A DNA stretch of 64,000 nucleotides, taken from the NCBI GenBank assembly GCA_964360965.1, contig CAYHYM010000004.1, positions 660-64,659 on the forward strand, written 5' to 3'. Position 1 is the stretch's first letter, and every line of letters starts with the position of its first letter. Below, piece after piece: positions 18,936 to 28,073 of the stretch. The translations under genes were made by a program, and so were the position numbers. The notes beneath the pieces are model-generated. The model saw only the letters and a program-made list of their open reading frames with translations, did not search any database and was not told the DNA's origin. The stretch is from an uncultured Gammaproteobacteria bacterium (GTDB lineage Bacteria; Patescibacteriota; Microgenomatia; Daviesbacterales; UBA10151).

Positions 18936-20267
18936 TTATCCGGTGGATAAATTATTTTTGACTTCCCCCAGTATCCGCTGGACATCTTTGTCAGTGTCTG
19001 CCAGTTTTTTTATTTTATCCCTCCCATGCATGACAGTGGTATGGTCCCTGTTGCCTAAAATTTGTCCTATTTTTTCAACTGTTAAATTTAGGTGCTCGCT
19101 TAAGATAAACATAGTTATATGTCTTGGTAGAACCAACTCTTTTTGTCTTCTTGATCCGATCAAATCTTTTTGGCTTAAATTAAAGTAATCGCAAATAGTT
19201 GTTAAAACAAGTTTTGGGTCTACTTTTAGATTATTTTTGGGAGTTGTTTGTAAATGCAGGCTGATATTTTCGGTGGTTGGGGGTAAGTTCTGGGTCTTTA
19301 AAATCTGCAAAATCTGAACAAGCCGCCCCTCCAGCTCTCTGATGTTTGTATTATATGATGAGGCCAAAAGCTGTAGCGCTTCCTCTGATAAAACCGCTCC
19401 CTGCTGCAAACATTTGGCGCGCAGTATGGCAACTCTGGTGTCAAAATCAGGCGGCTGGATATCAATCATCAGCCCTCCTGCAAAGCGTGATTTTAGCCTG
19501 TCCTCAAGTTTTGCTATCTCATTGGGAGAGCGATCTGATGTTAAAATAACCTGGGAATTTTTTGAAATTAGCTCATTAAATGTGTGGAAAAACTCTTCCT
19601 GTGTTCCCTCTCGTCCTGAAAAAAACTGGATATCATCTATCAGTAAAACATCCAGGGAGCGGTATTTGGCACGCAGAGCACCCATCTTGTGTGTTTGTAT
19701 TGCTTCAACATAATCGTTCATAAATTTTTCAGATGGAGAGTAGATAATTTTGATGTGTGGTTTTTTGTCAAGGATGGCGTTGCCAATGGCAAGCATCAGG
19801 TGGGTTTTGCCCACCCCTGTGCCGCCATAAATAAAAAGAGGATTGTAAGATAAGCCTGGATTTTGAGCCACAGCCAAAGCTGCCGCATATGCCACATTAT
19901 TGGATAACCCTACCACAAAATTTTCTAAGGTGTATTTGGGATTAAGCGAGTGGGAGGCAACAGGCTCAATAATCTGGAAAAAATCCTCCTCTTTTTGGTC
20001 AGAAAATTTCTCCAACATCCTCACAGTTAAATCAATCTTAACCTTTTGGCCTAAAAGCTTTTCAAAGGTGCGCTCAATTAACTCCAGGTGCCTTTGGCTT
20101 AAAGTTTCTTTGATAAAGGCGTTATGGGCAGACAGAGTGGCAATTCCGTTGTTAAGTGATTGTAGGGCGGTTTTTTGGAAAAAGGTTTTAAAGTTGGCAG
20201 CAGAGACCTGCGGCTTGATGCCCTCTAAAAATTTATGCCAGAGCTTTAAGTTGTCCATGTTGTCCAT
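18936..20267 (-). CDS. dnaA: chromosomal replication initiator DnaA
   Basis: AAA+ Walker A GGTGVGKTHL, DnaA box-binding C-terminal helix-turn-helix region; canonical context next to dnaN and rpmH. Confidence 0.9.
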   Translation of the reverse strand: MDNMDNLKLWHKFLEGIKPQVSAANFKTFFQKTALQSLNNGIATLSAHNAFIKETLSQRHLELIERTFEKLLGQKVKIDLTVRMLEKFSDQKEEDFFQIIEPVASHSLNPKYTLENFVVGLSNNVAYAAALAVAQNPGLSYNPLFIYGGTGVGKTHLMLAIGNAILDKKPHIKIIYSPSEKFMNDYVEAIQTHKMGALRAKYRSLDVLLIDDIQFFSGREGTQEEFFHTFNELISKNSQVILTSDRSPNEIAKLEDRLKSRFAGGLMIDIQPPDFDTRVAILRAKCLQQGAVLSEEALQLLASSYNTNIRELEGRLVQILQILKTQNLPPTTENISLHLQTTPKNNLKVDPKLVLTTICDYFNLSQKDLIGSRRQKELVLPRHITMFILSEHLNLTVEKIGQILGNRDHTTVMHGRDKIKKLADTDKDVQRILGEVKNNLSTG

Positions 20268-20276
20268 CAGGATAAG

Positions 20277-20312
20277 TTATCCACAATTTAATCCACAAGT
20301 GAGTTTTCCACA
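20277..20312. promoter_or_regulatory. cluster of three DnaA boxes upstream of dnaA (TTATCCACA, TAATCCACA, TTTTCCACA)
   Basis: Direct reading at 20277..20285, 20289..20297 and 20304..20312, with a further degenerate box near 20331. Confidence 0.7.
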
Positions 20313-20383
20313 ATATAGAGAAACTATTAAAAAGTGGATCAAAAATTTTGACAAATCCCAACAAATTCTGGTAAAATTAAAGC

Positions 20384-20521
20384 ATGCCAAAAAGAACCTA
20401 CCAGCCTAAAAAATTAAAAAGATTAAGAAAACACGGGTTTAGAAGCAGAATGGCAACCCATGATGGTGCTAGAGTTCTAAAAAGAAGAAGAGCCAGAGGT
20501 AGAAAAAGACTAACGGTATAA
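20384..20521 (+). CDS. rpmH: 50S ribosomal protein L34
   Basis: Translates to [45 protein letters not shown]; canonical position upstream of rnpA. Confidence 0.85.
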   Translation: MPKRTYQPKKLKRLRKHGFRSRMATHDGARVLKRRRARGRKRLTV

Positions 20522-20528
20522 GGTTTTC

Positions 20529-20618
20529 GTCATTCCTGCGAATGCAGGAATCCATTTAACAAAAAACGTAAACCCATGCCGCTCAAGTTAATTGGATCCC
20601 GACATTCGTCGGGATGAC
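20529..20618. repeat. GC-rich MITE/RPE-like palindromic element (family 1), 90 nt, termini GTCATTCCTGCG...CGTCGGGATGAC
   Basis: Terminal hairpins attcctgcGAATgcaggaat and atcccgacATTCgtcgggat; reverse complement shares both termini plus the internal aattgga with the 108-nt element inside tsaD. Confidence 0.8.
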
Positions 20619-20624
20619 ACCGCT

Positions 20625-21032
20625 ATGTTACCTAAAACCAAAAGACTAAATCTCAAAACAGATTTTAAATGGGTGGCCTCTGGTAAAAAAATAGACACTA
20701 AGTTTGTCAGGCTTTTTGTTAAAATGGGAGATCCTTCGACCCATTCGATTAACACTCAGGGTCGTACTGAGTGGAATCGAAGTACGACTCGCTCCGCTCG
20801 CTCAGGACCTTTGGTTGGGATTGCTGTTTCAAGTAAGTCTTTTAAAAAAGCAACTCAGCGCAATAGAGCCAAAAGACTTACCTCTGTCGCACTTGAATCA
20901 CTTTATCCTCTTCTCCCTTCCCGCTTAAATATTGTGGCCCTTCCCAAAACTGCCATAATTGGTGTAAAATCACAAGATGTGTTGTTGGACTTGATGAAAT
21001 GTTATGAAAAAAATACTGATTGGTTTAATTAA
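20625..21032 (+). CDS. rnpA: RNase P protein component with an internal repeat-derived insertion
   Basis: LPKTKRL...FVRLFVK...RNRAKRLTS blocks typical of RnpA. The start was trimmed from 20592, since the first 11 codons lie in the family-1 repeat. About 27 aa inserted (GDPSTHSINTQGRTEWNRSTTRSARSGP). Confidence 0.7.
   Translation: MLPKTKRLNLKTDFKWVASGKKIDTKFVRLFVKMGDPSTHSINTQGRTEWNRSTTRSARSGPLVGIAVSSKSFKKATQRNRAKRLTSVALESLYPLLPSRLNIVALPKTAIIGVKSQDVLLDLMKCYEKNTDWFN
20742..20817. repeat. GC-rich element (family 2, TCCTTCGAC...CGCTCGCTCAGGA) inserted in-frame in rnpA
   Basis: Same ends as the 28-nt copy at 34106..34133; locally GC-rich compared with the flanks. Confidence 0.7.
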
Positions 21033-21204
21033 TTTTTATCAAAAATTTCTCTCCTTTGACAGAGGTATGCTGGCTATTTTTGCTCCAGGAGGTGCTTGCA
21101 GATTTAGTCCCAGTTGTTCAGAATACACAAAACAGATGATTAGGGGGTTTGGGGTGTTTAGGGGAAGTTGGCTTGGTATGCAAAGAATCTGGAGGTGCAG
21201 ATGA
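21004..21204 (+). CDS. yidD: membrane protein insertion efficiency factor YidD
   Basis: CRFSPSCSEY motif; canonical position between rnpA and yidC. Confidence 0.75.
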   Translation: MKKILIGLINFYQKFLSFDRGMLAIFAPGGACRFSPSCSEYTKQMIRGFGVFRGSWLGMQRIWRCR

Positions 21205-22043
21205 GTGGCATAGGCGATATTTTTAATTTAGTATTCTTTGGACCGGTTATAAATGCTTTGGTGCTGATTTACCAGGGATTTTCAGCTTTGCATATCACAG
21301 GAGCCTTAGGTTTTTCCATAATAATCCTGACTGTCATAATTAGGCTTTTGGTTTGGCCGTTTATGAGTAGTCAGATTAAGGCCACCAAAAAAATGGCAGA
21401 TTTAAAGCCACATCTGGATGAATTAAAGAACAAGCATAAAGATGATAAACAGGCTTTGGCACAAGCCCAAATGGCTTTATATAAAGAACATGGAGTCAAT
21501 CCCGCAGGAGGTTGTCTGCCCGCCTTAATTCAGATTCCGATTTTTATAGCTTTATACCAGGCCATTATCAACATCTTGCCCGGAGCTGGTGGGAATATTG
21601 ATCATATTAACTCTTTACTCTACCTCACTCAACTTAAACTGCCCTCATATCTTGATCCTAATTTTCTTGGCCTTAATCTAGGGCTTAAGCCATCGCAATT
21701 TGTAAGCCACGGAGTATTGTTGCTGCTGGTGCCTGTTCTGACAGCTGGTTTAACTTTTGTTCAATCAAAAATGACTATACCAAAACCGATAAAGCACCAT
21801 AAAGATGAGCTCCCCAAAGAGACAAAAGAAAAAGAGAGTTTGGAAGATAGCATGGGGGCAATACAATCTCAGATGGTTTTTTTAATGCCCATCATGGTTG
21901 GTTATTTTGCCTTTTCTTTTCCCATAGGACTGGCAATATATTGGAATACCTATACAATACTTGGGATTATCCAGCAGTATAAAATTACCGGCTGGGGAGG
22001 GGCTGCTGACTTCATCAGCAAATTTAAGGCAGGTTCTCGCTAA
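21168..22043 (+). CDS. yidC: membrane protein insertase YidC/Oxa1 family
   Basis: Multi-TM protein with GGCLPALIQIPIFIALY block; operon context. Confidence 0.8.
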   Translation: MAWYAKNLEVQMSGIGDIFNLVFFGPVINALVLIYQGFSALHITGALGFSIIILTVIIRLLVWPFMSSQIKATKKMADLKPHLDELKNKHKDDKQALAQAQMALYKEHGVNPAGGCLPALIQIPIFIALYQAIINILPGAGGNIDHINSLLYLTQLKLPSYLDPNFLGLNLGLKPSQFVSHGVLLLLVPVLTAGLTFVQSKMTIPKPIKHHKDELPKETKEKESLEDSMGAIQSQMVFLMPIMVGYFAFSFPIGLAIYWNTYTILGIIQQYKITGWGGAADFISKFKAGSR

Positions 22044-22062
22044 TCGCCCGAACAATAAAATT

Positions 22063-22530
22063 ATGGAAAATCAACTATCAGAAGTGCTTGATAATCTTTT
22101 AGGATTACTTCTTTCGGAAGGCGCTTATGAAATTGGTAAAGACGAGAATGGAATAAATGTGGTTATTACCACAGAAGATGCTGGCAGGTTGATTGGTACA
22201 GGAGGGGAATTTTTAGAAGCCCTGCAGCTGATTGTTTCCCAGATATTTACTAAAAAGATGGGTAAATTTGAAAGAATAATTATAGATGTTTCGGGCTGGA
22301 GGAAACAAAGAGAGGAAGATCTTAAAATAATGGTGCAGGATTGGGCTAAACAGGTGTTGGATTCAGGTCAAGGGTTTGATCTTGAACCAATGAATCCCTG
22401 GCAAAGAAGAGTTGTTCATCTGGCTGTGCAAGAGGTTGAGGGAGTTGAATCAGAAAGTGTGGGTGAGGGAAGAGACAGGCATATTGTCATAAAACCAGCT
22501 GGTAAGAAAACCAAACAGATTAAAAAATAA
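22063..22530 (+). CDS. jag: Jag/KhpB-like RNA-binding protein (KH + R3H)
   Basis: C-terminal R3H motif WQRRVVHLAV; follows yidC; start trimmed to the ATG at 22063 after the yidC stop. Confidence 0.65.
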   Translation: MENQLSEVLDNLLGLLLSEGAYEIGKDENGINVVITTEDAGRLIGTGGEFLEALQLIVSQIFTKKMGKFERIIIDVSGWRKQREEDLKIMVQDWAKQVLDSGQGFDLEPMNPWQRRVVHLAVQEVEGVESESVGEGRDRHIVIKPAGKKTKQIKK

Positions 22531-22563
22531 AATTATGCATTGCGGTTAGACTAGAATGGGATT

Positions 22564-23784
22564 GTGCAAAAGTTATTAAAAATTTCCCAGCAAACTCTAT
22601 GGCAGATTATAGGCAAAGTGGTCTTTTCCCTGGCCACTTTTATCATCCTGGCTTTGATTGCCAGAAATTATGGTGAGGAAGGAACAGGTGTTTTTACTTT
22701 AGCGCTTACCTATTTGGCCATCTTTTATCTTCTGTCGGACTTTGGATTTAATGCCCATGTTCTTAGAAAAGTCAAAAGGCAAAACTCAAAAGTCAAAAAA
22801 GAATGGCAAAAACTTTTAGGAACAAGAATTTTATGGTCTGGAGTTTTAATTGTATTGGCCATAGGACTACTTCCCTTTTGGCCATTTACAACTCCTGAAT
22901 TTGCTCAGGCTGTGGTCATGGGAGCTTTGGCAATTATGGTGACAGGCATATTTGTGACATGTAATTTAATTTTTCAAAGCAGTTTGCGATATGATCTGTC
23001 AGTTTTAGCCTCAAGTTTAGGGACAGTTGTTGGTTTGGCAGTGTTTGGCTATCTAGTCTTATCAAAATATCCGGTACCAATTTTACTACTGGCTCATTTT
23101 TCAGGTTGGTTGGTGATAACAGTTGTAGCAGTTATATTACTCAGGAAGATGGTTCGATCGCTATCCCCTATCTTCGATATTCCATATACCATAGACTTAT
23201 TTAAAAAGTCCTGGCCCATTGCCGCAACACTTACTATAAATGTGGTTTATTTTAGGGCTGACTCTTTTTTAATTGCCTATTTCAAATCTGTTTCGGAGGC
23301 AGGAGTTTATAATGTTGCCTACTCTGTTTTTCAATCAGCCCTGGTCCTACCCACTTTTATTATGAATGTTTACTACCCGATGATGCTTAAATCTTTTAAG
23401 GGCATAAAATTTGTGGCCTTAGGATTGTTGGGTTTGGCCTCATTTGGAACAGTCATCACCCTACTCCTCTCTCCCTTTGTGGTGAATATTTTAACAGGAG
23501 GCGGATTTTTTGGATCCGCCCAATCTTTACAAATATTATCTTTGGGATTCCCTGCCTATTTTTTATCCGCTCTTTTGATGTGGGTTTTAGTGACTAAAAG
23601 TAAATATAAAACTTTGCTGATTATCTACTTGATCGGACTTTTGGTGAACTTGAGCTTAAACTTTATTTTTATCCCACAATACTCATTCATGGCTGCATCC
23701 TGGATTACGGTAATTTCCGAGTACTTAATTTTGGTGATGCAAACAGTGGTATTATTGTTTGAACGAAGTGAGGACACTTCTTAA
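22564..23784 (+). CDS. polysaccharide/oligosaccharide flippase (MOP/Wzx-like) family membrane protein
   Basis: About 12 predicted TM helices, N-terminal block typical of polysaccharide biosynthesis flippases. Confidence 0.5.
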   Translation: MQKLLKISQQTLWQIIGKVVFSLATFIILALIARNYGEEGTGVFTLALTYLAIFYLLSDFGFNAHVLRKVKRQNSKVKKEWQKLLGTRILWSGVLIVLAIGLLPFWPFTTPEFAQAVVMGALAIMVTGIFVTCNLIFQSSLRYDLSVLASSLGTVVGLAVFGYLVLSKYPVPILLLAHFSGWLVITVVAVILLRKMVRSLSPIFDIPYTIDLFKKSWPIAATLTINVVYFRADSFLIAYFKSVSEAGVYNVAYSVFQSALVLPTFIMNVYYPMMLKSFKGIKFVALGLLGLASFGTVITLLLSPFVVNILTGGGFFGSAQSLQILSLGFPAYFLSALLMWVLVTKSKYKTLLIIYLIGLLVNLSLNFIFIPQYSFMAASWITVISEYLILVMQTVVLLFERSEDTS

Positions 23785-23794
23785 AAATATTAAT

Positions 23795-24211
23795 ATGAAA
23801 CTGATTATATATACAGATGGGGCATCAAGAGGTAATCCAGGCCATGCCTCATATGGTTTTACCATCTCTGATGAAAAGGGAGAGTTGATTTATCAGGAAG
23901 GGAAATATATTGGTATAGCCACCAATAATGTGGCTGAATATATGGCTGTTTTAAAAGCGCTAAAGTATGTGGAAAAAGAATTTTCGAGCAAAACCCCTGT
24001 TCAGATAGAACTTTTCGCAGACTCAATGCTGGTTGTAAAACAGCTTTCAGGTCAATTCAAACTTAAAAATGAAAAGCTTAAAGTTTTTTTTGATCAAATC
24101 AAAATACTGGAACTTTCTTATGAAAGGGTTTTTTACAACTACATTCCCCGCCAGAGGAACAAACTGGCGGATAAATTGGCCAATCTGGCATTGGATCTTA
24201 AGCTACATTAA
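23795..24211 (+). CDS. rnhA: ribonuclease HI
   Basis: IYTDGASRGNPG...AEYMAVLKAL...LFADSMLVVKQ catalytic blocks; start taken at the internal MKLIIY Met. Confidence 0.7.
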   Translation: MKLIIYTDGASRGNPGHASYGFTISDEKGELIYQEGKYIGIATNNVAEYMAVLKALKYVEKEFSSKTPVQIELFADSMLVVKQLSGQFKLKNEKLKVFFDQIKILELSYERVFYNYIPRQRNKLADKLANLALDLKLH

Positions 24212-24297
24212 ATTACTATCAAAATCCTTCGACTTGTATACAGTTTGTCACCTTTTATCTCTCTTGAATTATCCAAAGTTAATGATACTATTTACCC

Positions 24298-27126
24298 GTG
24301 AGCGATGATAACAATAATATCAGCCAGAAAAAGGGCATTTTGCTTGCACGAAATACCCCTATTGCTTTAGTCGTGGGCGCTGCTGGTTTTTTAGGATCGC
24401 ATCTTGGAGAGATTTTATTAAAAATGCGTTTGCAGGTGTTGGGGGTGGATGATTTTTCAACAGGAGTCAGAAGTAATTTGGATGAAGTAACCAGGAATAA
24501 AAATTTTCATCTTATATCAGCCGGCATTGAACAACTTTCCTTAAATATTCCCAGGTTGGATTATATTTTTATAGTGGCAGAGGGGGATTTTCAGATAGAA
24601 AAGATTTTAAAAATGGCTACTTATTATAAATCAAAAATTGTCCTTGCCTCATACATAGAGTTATATGATCGGGAAAAAGAAAAAGAAAAAGAATACAACT
24701 GGTTTAAGACTGCTGAAATAAAACTGGCCCGTCTGGCCAAAGAACATAAATTAAATGCCAGGGTACTCAGGATGGCAACTGTCTATGGCCCCAGAATGCG
24801 CTTTAGGGGGTCAGATCCTATGGTCCGTTTAATAAAAGCATATCTTTTAGGACAGTTGCGCAGTGAAACTGAATTTGAGTTTTCCACACGGGCGCTTTTT
24901 ATTGATGATGCGCTAGATCTTATGGTAAAGAGCATATTATCAGGCTCAACAGCTCTAAAAATTTATGACGGGGTGTTACCTGCTCCCATAAAACTCTCAG
25001 AAGTAAAGCAAATACTGCTTGAGCCAATCTGGTATGAAAATAGGGGATTTAAACCCACCCCCCTACCTTCCTGGCCAACTCCAAATTTAGCCAAAACCCA
25101 AACAGAGCTGCGCTGGCAGCCCAAGATAGATCTGGTGGAGGCTTTGAAAAAAACTGTCAATTTTTTTCAGGATTATCCGGAATATGTTCCTGAACAAAAA
25201 GAAGATGAAGATCAATGGGAAGCTCCAATAGAAGCTCCAATGGTTAAAATAGAACAAGATCAACCAAAAAAGGATAGAAAGGGCCTTAAAAAAGATTTTA
25301 AATGGCCGTTTGACAAACAGGCGGTGTTTGTGTCCGTAGGACTTATGATAATCTTCTATGCAATTTTTTTTCCGCTGATATCTTTGGCAGTGGGAGTTTT
25401 TACTTTTAAGTGGCATCTGTCCCAAGCTTACTTTGCTTTAAACAAAGGGAAGTATGAAGCCAGCCTTAATTTTGCCACCCAAAGCAAAAAAGGAGTTGAT
25501 GAAACAAGTATGTTTTTGGATCAACTCAGACTATTGGAAAAAATTGGATTATTTACCGTTCAGTTTAGGGTAGCTGATAAACTGGTTAATATTGCCACCC
25601 TTACATCTGAGGGTGCCATTCATGCTATTTTGGGTACCAAAGCGCTGGATGAAAGCTTAAGGTCTATCAGCGGAGAGAGGAGTGGTTCTCTAGAGGATTC
25701 ACTTGATCTCACAAATTTGGAAATGGCGGAGGCAGAGGAAAAATTTTCTCAAGCTTTGTCTCAAATCTCAACGATAGATCTATCAAAAAATCTGCCGACT
25801 ATTTTGACTAACAGGATAAATACTTTAAAAGACCGGCTGGTGATTTATACTGATATTGCCAGAAAAGGAGCAGTTGCCAGTTTGGTTTTGTCTAAAATGA
25901 TTAGTCTTGATGGTAAAAAAAGCTACCTGGTGCTTTTGCAAAATAATATGGAACTACGGCCGACAGGCGGTTTTATAGGGTCTTTAGCCCAGATTGATTT
26001 TGAAGGAGGTAAACTTAAGAAATTACAAGTTAATGATGTTTACTCAATTGACAACAATTTAAAAATACATGTTGAACCCCCAAAAGAGATTAAGGAGGAT
26101 TTGGGTCAAACAGACTGGTTTTTGCGCGATTCCAATTGGGAGAGCGATTTTCCCACTTCAGCCACCCGGGCAGAGTGGTTTTATGAGAGAGAAACAGGGG
26201 TCAGGGTGGATGGGGTAATAGCTTTTGATATTTCAGGGGTGGCAGCGCTGCTTAGGGTTTTGGGGCCTCTGGAGCTGACTGATTATCATGAGAAGATTAC
26301 TGCCGATAATTTATTGGAAAGGGTAGTAACTCAATCGGAAAAGAAGAATTTTTTGACAGCCCTATCTACTGCTTTGTTTAACAAACTATTTTTTGTGCCA
26401 AAAACCAACTGGCCGGAAGTTTTGGGAGTGTTGGGAAAATCACTGGAAGAGAAACACGCCTTAATCTTTCTTGATGACAGGAAACTTTTTTCCTACATGG
26501 TAGCTCAAAATTTAGCAGGAGTGTTGCCCAGGCCGGCAGCTGCTAAAGATAGTGAGATTGATGATTTTCTGGCAGTTGTTGAGGCAAACTTAGGCGCTAA
26601 TAAGGCCAACTATTATCTTGACAGAAGCTATTTTTTAGAAACAGTGATTGACAAAGAGGGGGAGATTAGTCACAGATTAAGGATCAGTTATACAAACCAC
26701 AGCCCTTCCAATACTTTTCCTGCAGGTAAATATAAAAATCGGTTGAGGATTTATCTGCCTTTTGGCTCAAAAATCAGCCGGGCGCTGTGGGGGGAAGTGG
26801 ATGTGACCAAAGACTTGTCTCCTTTTGCAGATTATGGCAGATCAGTTTATTCAATACTTTTGCTACTTGATGAAAAAACAACTAAAAATTTAGTGCTGGA
26901 TTATCAGCTGCCCCCAAACATCCATTTTAAAGATAATCAGGCTGTTTATAAACTGGATGTTATCAAGCAGGCAGGGACGCTGCATGATCCCTTAAATTGG
27001 AAGCTAACCTACCCGATCAATATGCAAGTTGTGTCTACCCAAACGGAAAAGATAGGCCCGCAGGAGTTAAATATTTCAACAGATCTGTCAAGGGACAGAA
27101 GTTTTGAGGTGGAATTTAAAAAGTGA
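24298..27126 (+). CDS. fusion protein: N-terminal NAD-dependent epimerase/dehydratase-like Rossmann domain + TM segment + C-terminal DUF4012-like domain
   Basis: VVGAAGFLGSHL dinucleotide motif; central TM helices; C-terminal MELRPTGGFIGS block characteristic of DUF4012. Confidence 0.55.
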   Translation: MSDDNNNISQKKGILLARNTPIALVVGAAGFLGSHLGEILLKMRLQVLGVDDFSTGVRSNLDEVTRNKNFHLISAGIEQLSLNIPRLDYIFIVAEGDFQIEKILKMATYYKSKIVLASYIELYDREKEKEKEYNWFKTAEIKLARLAKEHKLNARVLRMATVYGPRMRFRGSDPMVRLIKAYLLGQLRSETEFEFSTRALFIDDALDLMVKSILSGSTALKIYDGVLPAPIKLSEVKQILLEPIWYENRGFKPTPLPSWPTPNLAKTQTELRWQPKIDLVEALKKTVNFFQDYPEYVPEQKEDEDQWEAPIEAPMVKIEQDQPKKDRKGLKKDFKWPFDKQAVFVSVGLMIIFYAIFFPLISLAVGVFTFKWHLSQAYFALNKGKYEASLNFATQSKKGVDETSMFLDQLRLLEKIGLFTVQFRVADKLVNIATLTSEGAIHAILGTKALDESLRSISGERSGSLEDSLDLTNLEMAEAEEKFSQALSQISTIDLSKNLPTILTNRINTLKDRLVIYTDIARKGAVASLVLSKMISLDGKKSYLVLLQNNMELRPTGGFIGSLAQIDFEGGKLKKLQVNDVYSIDNNLKIHVEPPKEIKEDLGQTDWFLRDSNWESDFPTSATRAEWFYERETGVRVDGVIAFDISGVAALLRVLGPLELTDYHEKITADNLLERVVTQSEKKNFLTALSTALFNKLFFVPKTNWPEVLGVLGKSLEEKHALIFLDDRKLFSYMVAQNLAGVLPRPAAAKDSEIDDFLAVVEANLGANKANYYLDRSYFLETVIDKEGEISHRLRISYTNHSPSNTFPAGKYKNRLRIYLPFGSKISRALWGEVDVTKDLSPFADYGRSVYSILLLLDEKTTKNLVLDYQLPPNIHFKDNQAVYKLDVIKQAGTLHDPLNWKLTYPINMQVVSTQTEKIGPQELNISTDLSRDRSFEVEFKK

Positions 27127-27210
27127 GGCTTTGCCTCATCTCCTGCATGTGAGAAAACAAGAAAAGATAACACTGACGTTGCTTGTAAGATTAGTTTGTG
27201 GTAAATTACC

Positions 27211-27990
27211 TTGACCTATATGGACAGATTAAGTTTACATGCCGAGGAGAGAATAATTCTTGGTAAAAAAGTAAAAAGGTTGCGCAAAGATGGCCTTTTG
27301 CCTGGCCATGTCTTTGGCAAAGGACTGGAAGGTGAGACGGTGGCTGTTTCTTCTCGCGATTTTCTAAAGACCTTCCACCTTGCCGGAGAAACCGGATTGA
27401 TAGATTTAAAGATTGGCAAAGAAAAGGTCAGGCCGGTGCTGGTTAGGGAAGTGCAGTATGATCCTGTGTCAGGTCATCCAATCCATATAGATTTCTACCA
27501 GGTTAATTTATCAGAAAAAGTTAAAGTACCTGTTCCTTTGGTTTTGATAGGTGAGCAGCCGGAATCAGTTCATTTGGGTGAGACAATTGTCCTGCAAACT
27601 TTAAATGAGGTGGAAGTAGAAGCCCTGCCCACAGATTTGGTGGAAAAAATAGAAGTGGATATTAGTCCTCTTAAGCTGGTTGACGATGCCATTACTGTGG
27701 GACAGCTCAATTATGATCGAGACAAACTAACCATAGATGCCGGTCCAGAGGAGATTGTGGTTAAACTGGCCCCGGCTGTGACTGCCGAGATGGAAAAACT
27801 TTTGGAAGAGCAGGCTGCTGAAACAGCTGCGGCTGCTGTTGAAACTGAAGAAGAAGGTGCTCCGGCAGAAGGTGAAGCAGTGGAAGGTGCAGAAGCTGCG
27901 GAAGGTGCACCAGGAGCTGAAGTTCCAGCTGGAGAAGAAGTCAAAGCAGAAGCTGGAGAGCCAGCCCAGCCTGAAGAAAACCCCCAATAA
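27211..27990 (+). CDS. rplY: 50S ribosomal protein L25 / general stress protein Ctc with acidic Ala/Glu-rich C-terminal tail
   Basis: Ctc-type L25 fold blocks (LRKDGLLPGHVFGKG...IDLKIGKEKVRPVLVREVQYDPV); low-complexity GCA/GAA-rich tail. Confidence 0.7.
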   Translation: MTYMDRLSLHAEERIILGKKVKRLRKDGLLPGHVFGKGLEGETVAVSSRDFLKTFHLAGETGLIDLKIGKEKVRPVLVREVQYDPVSGHPIHIDFYQVNLSEKVKVPVPLVLIGEQPESVHLGETIVLQTLNEVEVEALPTDLVEKIEVDISPLKLVDDAITVGQLNYDRDKLTIDAGPEEIVVKLAPAVTAEMEKLLEEQAAETAAAAVETEEEGAPAEGEAVEGAEAAEGAPGAEVPAGEEVKAEAGEPAQPEENPQ

Positions 27991-28073
27991 GAACCCTCGC
28001 TTTGCTCGGAACCTTGCCCATTTGACTTCGTCAAAGGGTAAAGCGGGTAATTTGCGTTAATTTTGCGTTTAAT

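Noticed and set aside
20592-20624. N-terminal 11 codons of the longest rnpA ORF (MDPDIRRDDTA)
   Set aside because: Encoded by the family-1 repeat element; the conserved RnpA sequence begins at the Met at 20625.
27711-28034. Two minus-strand ORFs (Ala/Ser-rich, Phe/Cys-rich) across the rplY/ctc tail
   Set aside because: Generated by the GCA/GAA-rich low-complexity tail of the L25 gene; no independent support.
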